A stretch of DNA of 64,000 nucleotides, taken from assembly GCA_965216565.1 (NCBI GenBank), contig OZ244170.1:544001-608000 (forward strand). The letters are read 5' to 3'. Below the pieces are notes generated by a model. The model had not been told where the DNA came from, searched no databases, and saw only the letters and a program-made list of their open reading frames with translations. A program made the position numbers and the translations under genes. This stretch comes from Bythopirellula sp. Lineage in GTDB: Bacteria > Planctomycetota > Planctomycetia > Pirellulales > Lacipirellulaceae. Numbering within the stretch: position 1 is the first letter of the stretch; each line of letters begins with the position of its first letter. Below, piece after piece: positions 16,161 through 26,226 of the stretch.

Positions 16161-16240
16161 CGACTAAAACTCCCCTACTCCCATACCCTGCCTTTGTTGG
16201 TCACGAGTCCGAGGGGTTCTGAGAGTCTCCACAATGGTAC

Positions 16241-17446
16241 TCAAGCAGCATTAACCAAGTAGAGAGAATCAAGATATGCCTGTATAGCAACATCGCTCAG
16301 CTCAAGGGATTCTAGGTAGGCTTCAATGACTCTATGCTTTATCGTCGAGGCAAAGAACCCTTTCTCTATACTTTGGCGGTATGATTCTTTCAGTGTCGAT
16401 GGTGCCACATCCAATGCTTTTCTAAGCAGTGCTTCTTTCTCGCGTTCCGGTAGATTAGCGATCATCATACGAATTTCACTCCCCTCTGCATTGTCATCCT
16501 GAGGAATAACTTCAGATGCAAGCGGCAACCGAGGTCGCTTTGTAACAGTAGACGTTCTGTTCTTTGTTTTTAGCCGAGGTGCACAATAGGTTCTCTTATG
16601 GGTGAACTTCACTTGATGCACCTGCGTCGGCTTGAGTGAAGGGTTTGCTAGTGAGTTCCTCGACAGAAAACCTACACCTACTAATTCCTCCATTGCTTCA
16701 GCTAAGAGGTGGTACCTTCTACCCGGCCTCGTTGCTGGACTTACACCTAATTTATTTACACATAAGTGAGAAATGGAAACTGGCCCATAAGAGCCTTTCT
16801 TATGAAAACGTTTAGACAGAAAACAATAAAGGGCTTTAGAGAGTGACCTCTTTAAGAGCCTATAGGTTGCCCAGTCAAAAGTTTGCACCCAACCTCCATT
16901 AACATTTTCACAGATCACATCAGCCCATGAGAATTCATACTCGCCAAGGCAACGCGGGTCTGTCCCGGGTTCAAGTGGGCGAAACGAACGCAGTGGACAA
17001 AAAGCGGTGCTAACCCAAGAATTTTGACAACGCCAGTGAGAGAAATAGAGGGATGTACGAGACCATCGTCGTAACGATTCAACTACCCTCCTCCTATACG
17101 GTGCATCGTTTCTCGAACCTAAGAGCCTGAGTAGCTTTTGTGGTTTAACCGAAACTGTATTGTCTGCAAAAGCCTTATTCATAAAGGTATGCTTCATAGC
17201 AGCTAAGAGCAAAGATTGGTCGAAAGAGTTTGGAATACTTCTCCCACTAGACGTTGCGTACGGGATGAGTGCAAAGGTCCTTTTATGACGCACCTGGTGT
17301 TTTCTATCAGGGATAGAGTCATGAAAAACCAAGGGCTTCGGAGAGGGGCCTCTGGCACCGATTCGTGATAGGGGCATTTCAAGTAGATTGCTCTCGATGA
17401 TGCCTGGGTTTGAGTATCGGTCTCGTGCGTTGTTGCTCAACTTCAT
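16241..17446 (-). CDS. Plasmid-type replication initiator (RepA/RPA-like)
   Basis: ESNLLEMPL N-terminal motif, PNSFDQSLLLA, Y..LK..LSK.LY.FLSKRF; iteron-like array upstream. Confidence 0.7.
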   Translation of the reverse strand: MKLSNNARDRYSNPGIIESNLLEMPLSRIGARGPSPKPLVFHDSIPDRKHQVRHKRTFALIPYATSSGRSIPNSFDQSLLLAAMKHTFMNKAFADNTVSVKPQKLLRLLGSRNDAPYRRRVVESLRRWSRTSLYFSHWRCQNSWVSTAFCPLRSFRPLEPGTDPRCLGEYEFSWADVICENVNGGWVQTFDWATYRLLKRSLSKALYCFLSKRFHKKGSYGPVSISHLCVNKLGVSPATRPGRRYHLLAEAMEELVGVGFLSRNSLANPSLKPTQVHQVKFTHKRTYCAPRLKTKNRTSTVTKRPRLPLASEVIPQDDNAEGSEIRMMIANLPEREKEALLRKALDVAPSTLKESYRQSIEKGFFASTIKHRVIEAYLESLELSDVAIQAYLDSLYLVNAA

Positions 17447-17582
17447 TAAAGGGACTCCGTTAATGTAAATACATGTACAAACCAAGAAAAACTTCCTTAC
17501 TTTTAACTTAATTTGTTTCTAATTTGTGATTTCCGATTCAGCCTTTCTCAGCAAGACCTTAACTATCTTTTCGGTGGCACTA

Positions 17583-17655
17583 AATGTAGTTCGATGTGCA
17601 CACGATGAAGCGCGATGTGCACGCGATGTAAATAGATGGGCATCAGATGTAAATG
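17583..17655. repeat. Iteron-like array (candidate oriV)
   Basis: GATG at 17593, 17604, 17614, 17625, 17635, 17646; AT-rich tract at ~17486-17530. Confidence 0.7.
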
Positions 17656-17770
17656 TGCGGCTCAGACATTTGACTCGCGTGAATCAGATAAAAGCTTAGA
17701 GCATTAAGACTTGGTGTAACCGCACTTCAGTGGAATTCCGATCACGAAATGTAAGTGAGTTAGCGAATGT

Positions 17771-18640
17771 TCAAGCTGCTTGTTCAGATAATTCCATCAA
17801 CTCGCGTCTAGCTCTTAGCTTAATCCGCTCAAAATCAGCTTTCCGTTGCCACTTACTTACTCGCAAATCCCTTACTTCTTCAAAAACCGACCTGATTTTA
17901 GTTTTGGGATACATATTCTTTGTTAGCGTTGTCGTTTCGTGAGAGGGGGCGTTGTTGTTTCGTTGAATTGAGGCTTCAGTCAGCCCTGTTTTTTCCACAG
18001 GCCGATGTGCCCCTGTTAGCGAGATCAGGGCCCCATCTACAAAGAGTTGTCCGTAGGCATTCTCATTCTGTTTATGCACTGGCACCGTGTTAAGCCAGCC
18101 TCGTTGCTTAAGACGGCTTACAGCCCTGCTGACATTTGCATTAGGGATACCGGAGATGGCTTTCAGCTGAGAGTAAGTAAAGCGAGCGTATCGCTCATCC
18201 TTATTGAGCTTCTCAAAGCTTCGTGTCTGCTTCATTCTGCGAAGCATATAAAAGAGAAGGACAATTGCTTCGTTTGCAGTGCATCTTCCTTGGGCAATAT
18301 GGCGAAGGACACGTCTAGAAAGTGCAACAGTGCAAGACGGACCCTCCTGCTTAACCAACAGTATTGAATCAAGCTTCTGGTCGGCTCTAGCAATTTCAGT
18401 TGGACTAAGTCTTCTGATACCCCGAGTCTTACTCCGGCAATTGAGAATCCTATCGAGGTCAACTTTTGATTTCTTATGTAGAGCTTGATGCTCAAGCTTA
18501 GCAGCAAAGAGCCTTAGTTCGTTCCTTTTCGCCTTTTTTACGCGATAGCCCTCAAGTACAGCTAAGACATCGGCTTGAGTCGATACGGCATAACCATCTC
18601 GATATTCAAAGTATTCAACACCAGAGTTTTTACGCACCAT
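17771..18640 (-). CDS. Basic winged-helix DNA-binding protein
   Basis: FTYSQLKAISGIPNANVSRAVSRLKQRGWL wHTH. Confidence 0.7.
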   Translation of the reverse strand: MVRKNSGVEYFEYRDGYAVSTQADVLAVLEGYRVKKAKRNELRLFAAKLEHQALHKKSKVDLDRILNCRSKTRGIRRLSPTEIARADQKLDSILLVKQEGPSCTVALSRRVLRHIAQGRCTANEAIVLLFYMLRRMKQTRSFEKLNKDERYARFTYSQLKAISGIPNANVSRAVSRLKQRGWLNTVPVHKQNENAYGQLFVDGALISLTGAHRPVEKTGLTEASIQRNNNAPSHETTTLTKNMYPKTKIRSVFEEVRDLRVSKWQRKADFERIKLRARRELMELSEQAA

Positions 18641-19322
18641 CCCTGTTCCCTCTCAAATGAGGGCGAACTTGAGGCATAAATCACACCCCTACCGCCTAAG
18701 CGGTTTGTTGTTGACGAAACTATTAGGGATGGGCTACTTTCAGACTGTCATCGTGGGTAGTCCGGACCCTACATTATCAATCAACCAACAATTGGTTTCT
18801 CCTAAGAACGTTGCAGCGTTCTTAGGAGTGATTTCTCACCACTCTGTTCACCTACTCGATAAGCACTCCTTTGCTAAGCCACAGAGAGCGTATCTCTCTA
18901 GTGGCGGATTGTATCTTCGGGCTCTACCCCAAACTTCTTGCATAAACTTGCTCCAAAACACGCCATCCCCTATCCCATTGGTTGAAAAGAAAGCCGTAGA
19001 TAGAAAAATTCACGAGACTCAAAAAAGCCGGTTGACGGAATGAACTAAGAAGTGGGAATGTGGAGATGTTGGTACTTCGTTAGTTCGTTTCAGAATTAAC
19101 TATCTCACTCAAAATTGAGAGCTGTTTAGTGGACCCCCATCCGCTAAACTGTGTCCACAATGTGAGCGTCAAAACTACGTTCTATTACATAATTTGCGTG
19201 CTCCTTCCTTAGCATTTTCATCTAGTTATCCAGTTACACTTCAACGAGGTTAAAATACTGCGGGAATTGTTGATCTGTCGATAGACTAATTTGCGAACGG
19301 TGTTCGATGATGAGAATGCTGT

Positions 19323-20210
19323 TCAGAAGATCTGTACCTTATTAGCGAGTCGGAGAGTGACCTCGGCTAGCACATTTTCAATAGCTTGCTTCACATGGTC
19401 ATATGAGATCTGTTCATCTGAAGCAGCACCTTTTCGACGTACAACAATCTCAAAATCATCGCCACCGTCAAATGAGAGACGTAGTCCTGGTTGAAGCGAC
19501 CGCTTGACTTTTTTTGACGGTTTAGATGGACGAGCAAGGTTGTTCGTAGCAGCTTTGGCAAGTTGAGTTCTTGAGAGTTGTCCTGTCTGAGCTTGCTTTA
19601 GATAGGCACGCATTTCATCTTCATCGGGGAAACGCACAAGTTCGCGTGCGATGCTCTTTGTGATGTTCCCTTTTGATATTTCACGCTGGACATCTTTGGG
19701 TAGCGTAAGAAGACGGAGAGCACGGGTGATGGTAGACTCGTTCTTCCCTACTCGTCTACCAACTTCTTTTGGCGAGCACCCAATCACGGTTATCAGCGAC
19801 TGATAGGCATTTGCTTCCTCAATAGCATTTAAGTTTTCACGCTGAAGGTTCTCGACAACTTGAATCTCGATCTCTTCTTGAGCCGATATGTCGTGTGGCT
19901 TTACGATTACTGGGATCGATTGTAGGCCAGCAAGTTTTGCAGCACGGTACCGCCTCTCACCAGCAATTACCTTGTATCCTTTATGCTGGTCATCCCACCT
20001 TGCGATGATGGGCTGTATAATGCCTCGCAATTTGATGTCAGAAGCAAGTTCGTCTAACGCTTCTTTATCAAAAGCCTTGCGAACTTGGGCTTCTGCATAG
20101 AGCTTGGTTATTTCGATTTGTCGAAGATCTGGCCCAGGCTCCCGCCCTACTGCCTTGGCGACTTCAGAGCCCAGAGATTCGAGGAATGAGTTTGCTTTTG
20201 GATTAGCCAC
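19323..20210 (-). CDS. parB: ParB/Spo0J partition protein
   Basis: GIIQPII, IAGERRYRA, ENLQRENLN, HTH; GTG start with GGAGG RBS overlapping the parA stop. Confidence 0.92.
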   Translation of the reverse strand: MANPKANSFLESLGSEVAKAVGREPGPDLRQIEITKLYAEAQVRKAFDKEALDELASDIKLRGIIQPIIARWDDQHKGYKVIAGERRYRAAKLAGLQSIPVIVKPHDISAQEEIEIQVVENLQRENLNAIEEANAYQSLITVIGCSPKEVGRRVGKNESTITRALRLLTLPKDVQREISKGNITKSIARELVRFPDEDEMRAYLKQAQTGQLSRTQLAKAATNNLARPSKPSKKVKRSLQPGLRLSFDGGDDFEIVVRRKGAASDEQISYDHVKQAIENVLAEVTLRLANKVQIF

Positions 20211-21063
20211 ATGCCTCCATCGCGTTTTGAGTTTCTTGTGAATATTCAATATCAGTTTTAATACGACCGAATAATTCTCGAAACAAATTCTCGACCATAT
20301 CAAATTCTTGTCTTTTCCGTGGCCGAATATGTGTGACAGGCAGAAGCTGAGTTACAGCCTTGGCAAACGGTTGTCTGAGATAGATTACGGATTGGAAAAC
20401 TTGTGCACCATAGGCTTGCCGCAGGGTTTGGGCATAGGCATAGTGGTCGGCACGTCTGGTGTTAAATTTGGTTAGAAAGTAACCCAATTCAGTAAGGTCT
20501 GGATTTCCGTTTTCCCTAGCGGCAGTAAGTCGTGCTTTTACTTTTAGCACTCCTTCAACAGAATTTTTTTCTGGTTCCACGGGAGTCACGACGTAGTTCG
20601 CGGCCATTAATGCACTCCAAGTAGGAAGATTGTAAATACTTGGTGGAGTATCAATAAGCACGATATCGTACTCGTAAGGTGAGGGGAGGGCGTCGAGGAA
20701 GTCTCTAAGTAAGAATGACTTGTTCTTGAGTTTATGAGGTTCGGCTGAGTCAAAAGGAAGAAAATGCTCACTACAAGGTATCAGGTGAATGTTATCTATC
20801 TGTGTTTGGTGGATCACCTGAGAGGCTTCTGCTTTTTTTGCAAAGATTGCAGCGATTGACTGATGGACATTCAATGAATCCGGCCAATCAGTGCCGAAGC
20901 AGTTTTTTGAGAGGTGGCATTGAGGGTCGGTGTCTACAAGAAGTACCCTCGCACCGTTTTCAGCACACGCACCAGCCAGATTGTGAGTGCTGCACGTCCT
21001 GCCAACTCCGCCCTTATTGGCGATGACAGCGGCAGTAATATGGCTCGGTTCTTCATTTGCCAA
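20203..21063 (-). CDS. parA: ParA/Soj ATPase (Walker A KGGVGRT)
   Basis: NKGGVGRT, VLLVDTDPQ, IDTPP; likely TTG start with GAGGG RBS. Confidence 0.9.
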   Translation of the reverse strand: MANEEPSHITAAVIANKGGVGRTCSTHNLAGACAENGARVLLVDTDPQCHLSKNCFGTDWPDSLNVHQSIAAIFAKKAEASQVIHQTQIDNIHLIPCSEHFLPFDSAEPHKLKNKSFLLRDFLDALPSPYEYDIVLIDTPPSIYNLPTWSALMAANYVVTPVEPEKNSVEGVLKVKARLTAARENGNPDLTELGYFLTKFNTRRADHYAYAQTLRQAYGAQVFQSVIYLRQPFAKAVTQLLPVTHIRPRKRQEFDMVENLFRELFGRIKTDIEYSQETQNAMEACG

Positions 21064-21090
21064 AGTCGTTCCCTCGGCCTTAAAAAATGC

Positions 21091-21251
21091 ACATGCCCAG
21101 GGCATGTGTAAAAACATCGTTTGTTTCCCTTCACCATCAAGAGAACAGTGAATGAATACTCTGACTATGCGAGATGTTTTGGCTTTCTGGCAATAGGGTA
21201 ATTTTGGAGCGTTAAGATCAAACACCGTTCGATGACATGCCCTGGGCATGT
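21091..21251. promoter_or_regulatory. Two copies of palindrome ACATGCCCWGGGCATGT (candidate parS or operator)
   Basis: 21091-21107 and 21235-21251. Confidence 0.7.
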
Positions 21252-21459
21252 GGTCGACAAATCGTGCTGAGATAGGGGGGTTCGAGAGGGTGTTGTAGAC
21301 AGGGAGACGACGAGTAAAATTAGGTACTGGACGTGCACTGAACGTGTCAGAGAGCCATTCTGAGCAATTCGGGGTCGTAGCCGAATTACTTACCCAGCCA
21401 GTCCCTGCCGTAGGTTTGCCTACGTCAGAGACTGACACTTCCTGTGGCAAAGGAGGTAT

Positions 21460-21720
21460 GTGCTGGGTAAGTTTAATGCAAAGGAGAACGACGCTATAAG
21501 CCCGCGTTGGATGACGGTCGAACAGATCCGAATTCAACAACGGATGAGACGGCAAACAGTCGTTCAGGCCATGTTGTCAGGTGCGTTGCCGTACGAGCAA
21601 CGGGGTCGCATTCGTTACGCTCGCGTCTCGGATGTTGAAGCCTGGGAGCAAGCACGTCTGGCTGGACAGTGCCAGCCTACGAAGTTAAGAGTCCATAGGG
21701 CTCTCGGGGACTTCGTATGA
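21460..21720 (+). CDS. Excisionase-like HTH protein
   Basis: RWMTVEQI...RQTV...GALP...RGRIRY..SDVEAW; AGGAGG upstream; adjacent to the integrase. Confidence 0.7.
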   Translation: MLGKFNAKENDAISPRWMTVEQIRIQQRMRRQTVVQAMLSGALPYEQRGRIRYARVSDVEAWEQARLAGQCQPTKLRVHRALGDFV

Positions 21721-21772
21721 TATTTGGGCCCGATGCACAGGCCCCTACGTGCAGAAGGCCCCCCGGAAATAA

Positions 21773-23035
21773 TCACAGTCGTGATTCGTTTTGAATCTTA
21801 AGATCGACTTTGCCGGTACTTAAGCATTCTCGAACCCATTTGATTGTGTTTCGATTCTCAGGTGAAACTGGTTTCATATAGACATCGGCTATCTGTGAAC
21901 TCGCTGAGTGCCCAAGCCAGCGTTTCATGGAGCTAATTGAACAACCTGGACGAGAGCCAAATTCTGTGGCACCTAAATGTCTTAGAATATAGAACCCATC
22001 TAAGTCCTTACATTGGTCGCCTAGCCGTTGACGGAGTTTAGTCCACCACTGAACGATTGAGTCAGCTTTGTTATGAACCACTGGAAGACCTTTGCGAGTT
22101 ACAAACAGTAGGTCTTCTGATTGCCGCTTAGTGGTCTTGAGATAGGCCTGCATGGAATCCCAAACTAGTTTTGGGGTCTGACCATATCGGTCAATTCCGG
22201 TTTTGCCGCGTCTTAGGTCATAGCTTTCACTGTCAAAGTGGTTGACTTTAATTGCAGCAATATCACGTTGGCCAAATCCGCATCCGATAGCAAGCCAGAC
22301 GATGGCGGTTTGGCGTTCATTACACGCAGAGAGCACTAACTTAATCTGATTGAGGGTAGGGAGCTTCCTAGACACGGGAGCTTTACCATGAAGAATATCA
22401 AGAGCAGACCAATTCCAAGTAAGTGCTTGGCTTCCGTATTCTGGGCGTCCAGCACGACTCACGATATTTTTCACAAATCGGAGTCTTTTGGTTACTTGAG
22501 AGGCGGAATACCCTGATGAGACAAGCATTCGGTTGTATGCTTCTACATCGTGCAAAGTCAGGTCAGTTATCGTTAGAGACTTGACTGCTCCCTTACCGTG
22601 GCGGGTATTTATGAAACCCAGGAATTCTCTCGTATAGGCTTGACGGTCATTGAAAAGGTCACGTGTGATTGTGCCTGAACGTCGGGCTTCGCCAGGAGGT
22701 CTCACTCGGGATTCTTCGTATTCGAGCAATCCAGAAGTGACATCTAATAAGCTTCCAGGTGCGTATTCAGCTTCTATAGTCTTAGGGTTGGATTCTGAGT
22801 GAGGGGTTTCTTCCGTGGCCTTCCGCCTGGGTTGCTGCTCCGGTAGAATGCCATGCAGGTAAGAGGCCACCCACTCGTGGTAGGCTCTCTCAGCCTCAGC
22901 CTGGGTATCCGCTTGAAAGCGATGCTTTCTAGGATTCCCTGTCTGCGGATCGCGAAATGATACGTGCCATCCGATTCCACGAAGCTCCGTATAATTGAGT
23001 TTCGGGATACGTTTTTTACGAGAATTAGAAGCCAT
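21773..23035 (-). CDS. Tyrosine recombinase / integrase
   Basis: N-terminal arm-binding-like region; RGKTG, FYILRH, WLGHS, DVY motifs. Confidence 0.92.
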   Translation of the reverse strand: MASNSRKKRIPKLNYTELRGIGWHVSFRDPQTGNPRKHRFQADTQAEAERAYHEWVASYLHGILPEQQPRRKATEETPHSESNPKTIEAEYAPGSLLDVTSGLLEYEESRVRPPGEARRSGTITRDLFNDRQAYTREFLGFINTRHGKGAVKSLTITDLTLHDVEAYNRMLVSSGYSASQVTKRLRFVKNIVSRAGRPEYGSQALTWNWSALDILHGKAPVSRKLPTLNQIKLVLSACNERQTAIVWLAIGCGFGQRDIAAIKVNHFDSESYDLRRGKTGIDRYGQTPKLVWDSMQAYLKTTKRQSEDLLFVTRKGLPVVHNKADSIVQWWTKLRQRLGDQCKDLDGFYILRHLGATEFGSRPGCSISSMKRWLGHSASSQIADVYMKPVSPENRNTIKWVRECLSTGKVDLKIQNESRL

Positions 23036-23124
23036 TAGATTGCACTACAGGCAAGATAGGAAGGGAATTGCCTTAACAGAATTGTAGTGCAACGGGGCCT
23101 GAAAAAGTAGTGCAAGCCCCATTA

Positions 23125-23197
<73 letters not shown>

Positions 23198-23203
23198 TTC
23201 ATC

Positions 23204-23229
23204 AAACCCTTGCTGAGCGAGGGTTTTTT
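23204..23229 (+). terminator. Intrinsic terminator after tRNA-Lys
   Basis: AAACCCTTGC-TGA-GCGAGGG followed by a T-run. Confidence 0.8.
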
Positions 23230-23267
23230 GATGCGCGATAGAATTCATCTAGCAGCCCACTTAGGAT

Positions 23268-24383
23268 TTAAGCATTTGCCGTGGTTGGTTCCCACCAGTT
23301 AGACGCGAATGCTTTGACCCGTAGTAGCTGAGAGATCACACTGCTCGGCGAATAGTGAGTGTGTTGCCAAACGGGCTCTAAACGAGTGCGGAGTTGGCGT
23401 TTGCTTTCTAAAGCGTCGGGGCCGAGTTCGTAAATTGTATCGCCACGTTCAAAACTATCTTCGATGGCCATGGTTTCGACCATGTTACCGGGGCTCAGCT
23501 TCGCGGAGTCTGGATCGAATCCGAGACGCAAGGCAAACACATGACCTTGGAAGCAATAGTTGTACGCAAAGGAGATAGGGCGCTCGTCGACGTACAGCAA
23601 GTTCATGTCGACGCAGCCCAGTTTGCATGCTGACTCATGGACGGTGTGCAGAAAGTCGCGGACTTCGGGGTGATTCAGGGTATTTCCAGTTTTTGAAGAA
23701 CCCTGCCAACTGACTTCTGCCAGGGCAACGCAGGTATCGAACAGGTCCCAGCGGGGATCGACTTCTCCGTGCTGCTCGCCTCGTGGGCGGTATCTTTCAA
23801 ATCGCGCCTTACCCGCAGCGGCCAATTTCTTGCGTTGACGTCGAAAGTGGCTGCGCCAACTCTTAGAGCGACTCGCTACATAGTCCTCCCAGTTGCCCTC
23901 CAGGTCGATCATGGACGTCTGATGACGAATCCGTGTTTGGACACTGAGCCCTTTCTCAGCAAGCAACTTGAGTGTGGTTGCGGAATCAAGAGATTCAGGT
24001 GGCGTCCACCGAAAGTCGAGAATTTCCCAGTCGCGTTTGGTCTGGAGCAAATGATCAAGGGCTGCCTGGGTGGTCTCATTCGGTTTGGGGCCAATTGGAC
24101 CAAAGTACGAACCCCAGTCATCTAGGGGGTAGGAAAGTACACGCGCGGTGCCTAGCTTGCGTTCTTCTCTACGGATCACAAATGGCGTGATCCCAATGGG
24201 ATTTCTAACATCTCCAAGAATCAAGACTCGCAGCTTCAGATCAGTACGAGAGTGTTTGCAGATAGCCTCCAACCACTCAAGCGATCGAAAGAAAGAGCCG
24301 CCTGGAGTTCTATGTAGCAGATTGGTCCACGCACCTCGCAGCGGTGCAAGGTCTTCGATCCGATCTATTTCCGTAATTTTCAC
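23268..24383 (-). CDS. GNAT acetyltransferase, CelD/BcsL-like
   Basis: FFRSLEWL, WEDYVASRSKSWR, GFDPDSAKLSPG, YELGP...K. Confidence 0.85.
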   Translation of the reverse strand: MKITEIDRIEDLAPLRGAWTNLLHRTPGGSFFRSLEWLEAICKHSRTDLKLRVLILGDVRNPIGITPFVIRREERKLGTARVLSYPLDDWGSYFGPIGPKPNETTQAALDHLLQTKRDWEILDFRWTPPESLDSATTLKLLAEKGLSVQTRIRHQTSMIDLEGNWEDYVASRSKSWRSHFRRQRKKLAAAGKARFERYRPRGEQHGEVDPRWDLFDTCVALAEVSWQGSSKTGNTLNHPEVRDFLHTVHESACKLGCVDMNLLYVDERPISFAYNYCFQGHVFALRLGFDPDSAKLSPGNMVETMAIEDSFERGDTIYELGPDALESKRQLRTRLEPVWQHTHYSPSSVISQLLRVKAFASNWWEPTTANA

Positions 24384-24629
24384 AGACCTTGCCCGAGGAA
24401 AATGATTTCGCTGCCACTAGCGAAGTGCAGGTAGCTGGGAAAGCCTATCTCGGGCTCGATTGTCAGTCAAAAACGGAAATGGGAAAGCGCGGCAAGCGGT
24501 ACCGCGATCGTAAGGAAAATACCGATCGTGAGGTCTCTGCAGGCGGGAACGCGATACCGCTGGTGTCGTAGTCGCTGCTTCTGCGTAGAGCGTGCTGGTG
24601 ACACAAGCCGCCAAATTGACCGGTCTTGC

Positions 24630-24848
24630 TTACCAGCTCCAGCGGTGGTTACGTCGATGGGTGATGCCCACAACGGTGCTATCCGCCCCGCGACTTCCAC
24701 TGTGTCGTCGCTTCTTGCTTTTTAGCTGAGAGCGGCGATTGCGAGCCACAAGCGTAGAGTGGTTCTTCCTTGCTCTTCTTGAGTCAGAAGAATCGTACTG
24801 ATCAGAGTCATATTCGCCGTAATGTGCGGATTGAAGTGGACCGTCCAT
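24630..24848 (-). CDS. Small basic hypothetical protein
   Basis: GGAGG RBS; Arg-rich, ends GITHRRNHRWSW. Confidence 0.5.
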   Translation of the reverse strand: MDGPLQSAHYGEYDSDQYDSSDSRRARKNHSTLVARNRRSQLKSKKRRHSGSRGADSTVVGITHRRNHRWSW

Positions 24849-26087
24849 TTTCGATCTGCCTCCAGGTTCTTGCTATTCGATGCAGCTATTCTGTGAGCCG
24901 CGTGAGATTCATGCGTGCGAGACCGCTTGGGGCCTCGATCTTCACCGCAAGTAATTGCAACCAGCGTGCCGAATCAAGGAGGTGAGAGTTTCTCGGGATC
25001 AGATGCTAGGCATAGGAATAGGCCAAACAGCATTAACCCTTGCCATGAGGGTTGTTACAGAATTAACGATTGGCAGGCCGGGATTTTTGAGAGGCCGACT
25101 TTTACTTCGCCAACGCAAAACTGAAGGCGGACAGAGCACCCTGGATCACAATTCTGGTGATCAAGGAGTAGAATTCCTGTAAGTGCTTATTAGAGCAATG
25201 CTTAGCCAGAATTGGCAGAGAATTGGGACTTCCGGATCATGATGATTACGTCAAATGATGACGACGCAACTCTATTCTCAATAGCGGTTTACGAACGCGC
25301 ATCACAAGACGAGGGATACCGTTTCACCAAAATGGTGAAAGTCGGGACCCCTGGCGTTCTCGCAGGATTCTCGATTCGGAGCAGTCCTACCGTTGAATCA
25401 GGGCGCAAGCGGGGCTACTGGCCGGCGTGAGGCTGCCCTTCTTTTCGAACAGACCACGCGCCCTGTCACTGAGGGATCTGCGCATCCACCTGGGCTCGGC
25501 TAGTTCGACCGCCATTTGCACTGCGTCCTCCTGAGGGCAGAGAGCGCTAGCGCGAGGACAGTACGGCTCCTCCTTGGACTACCCATTCGGCAATTCAGGA
25601 ACGAGCGCAACAGCCTAATAAAGCAGCAAAAAGGCAGCTTATTGCAGGTGCAATTGAATTGTCACGCGAATGCGAGGATCACATTGGACTAACCTCCAAG
25701 AATGAGCAAAACGGTCGACAGAACCCGTGTGTCGCTACGGACTCGTAGCGCGGGCAATGTATGCGGGGAGATATGGGTAAACTTCTTTAGAGAAGTGAGT
25801 GACAAGCGGAATGCTGGAGATCACTAGCGGGGAGGAGTTGGATCAAGGTGCATTATCAATGGGTGTGCCGCTACATCTTGCAGGCGGGGACCTTACAAAT
25901 CTGCAAGTGTCATGCCAACTATTGCCGTTGGGTGCTCTTAACGGTCCGAATCAGCCTGCGCTTAGGTAAAAGTCTGCCAAAATGGCACTCTGAGCCGGAG
26001 GCGCCTACTTCCGATCTCAAGACCTATTTCTGCGTTTAATGCTTGTATAACGGGGTATTGTGGGATTCTCTCGCTTCTTGCTGGCGT

Positions 26088-26103
26088 TGGCACGCCCGTT
26101 GCG
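26088..26103 (+). promoter_or_regulatory. sigma54 promoter of the groEL operon
   Basis: TGGCACG-CCCG-TTGCG. Confidence 0.75.
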
Positions 26104-26226
26104 TTTGATAGTCCAAACATCGATTTCTAACTGCCAAAATCGCCAGAGCTGAGCGGCTGTGCTCGGCTAGAAGGCGTTATTTACCTTCCAATCCTAGAAC
26201 GAAACAATTCGACAAAGGAGTTGAAC

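Larger units (their letters stand above)
1..23124. mobile_element. Integrative plasmid-like element (ICE/IME), right part; left end outside window
   Basis: Integrase directly adjacent to tRNA-Lys, plus xis-like, parAB, repA-like, DUF932 and topB genes; visibly more AT-rich than the flanking core genes. Confidence 0.85.

Noticed and set aside
19128..19140. GTGGACCCCC resembling the IS3 IR core
   Set aside because: Only ~10 nt, no partner end or transposase remnant.
21064..21555. Long N-terminal extension of ParA in the ORF track
   Set aside because: Covers the palindromes and overlaps xis; an RBS + TTG lies just before the Walker A.
24850..25900. ~1 kb spacer upstream of the groEL promoter
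   Set aside because: Only scattered short hairpins and unconvincing ORFs; nothing I can support.
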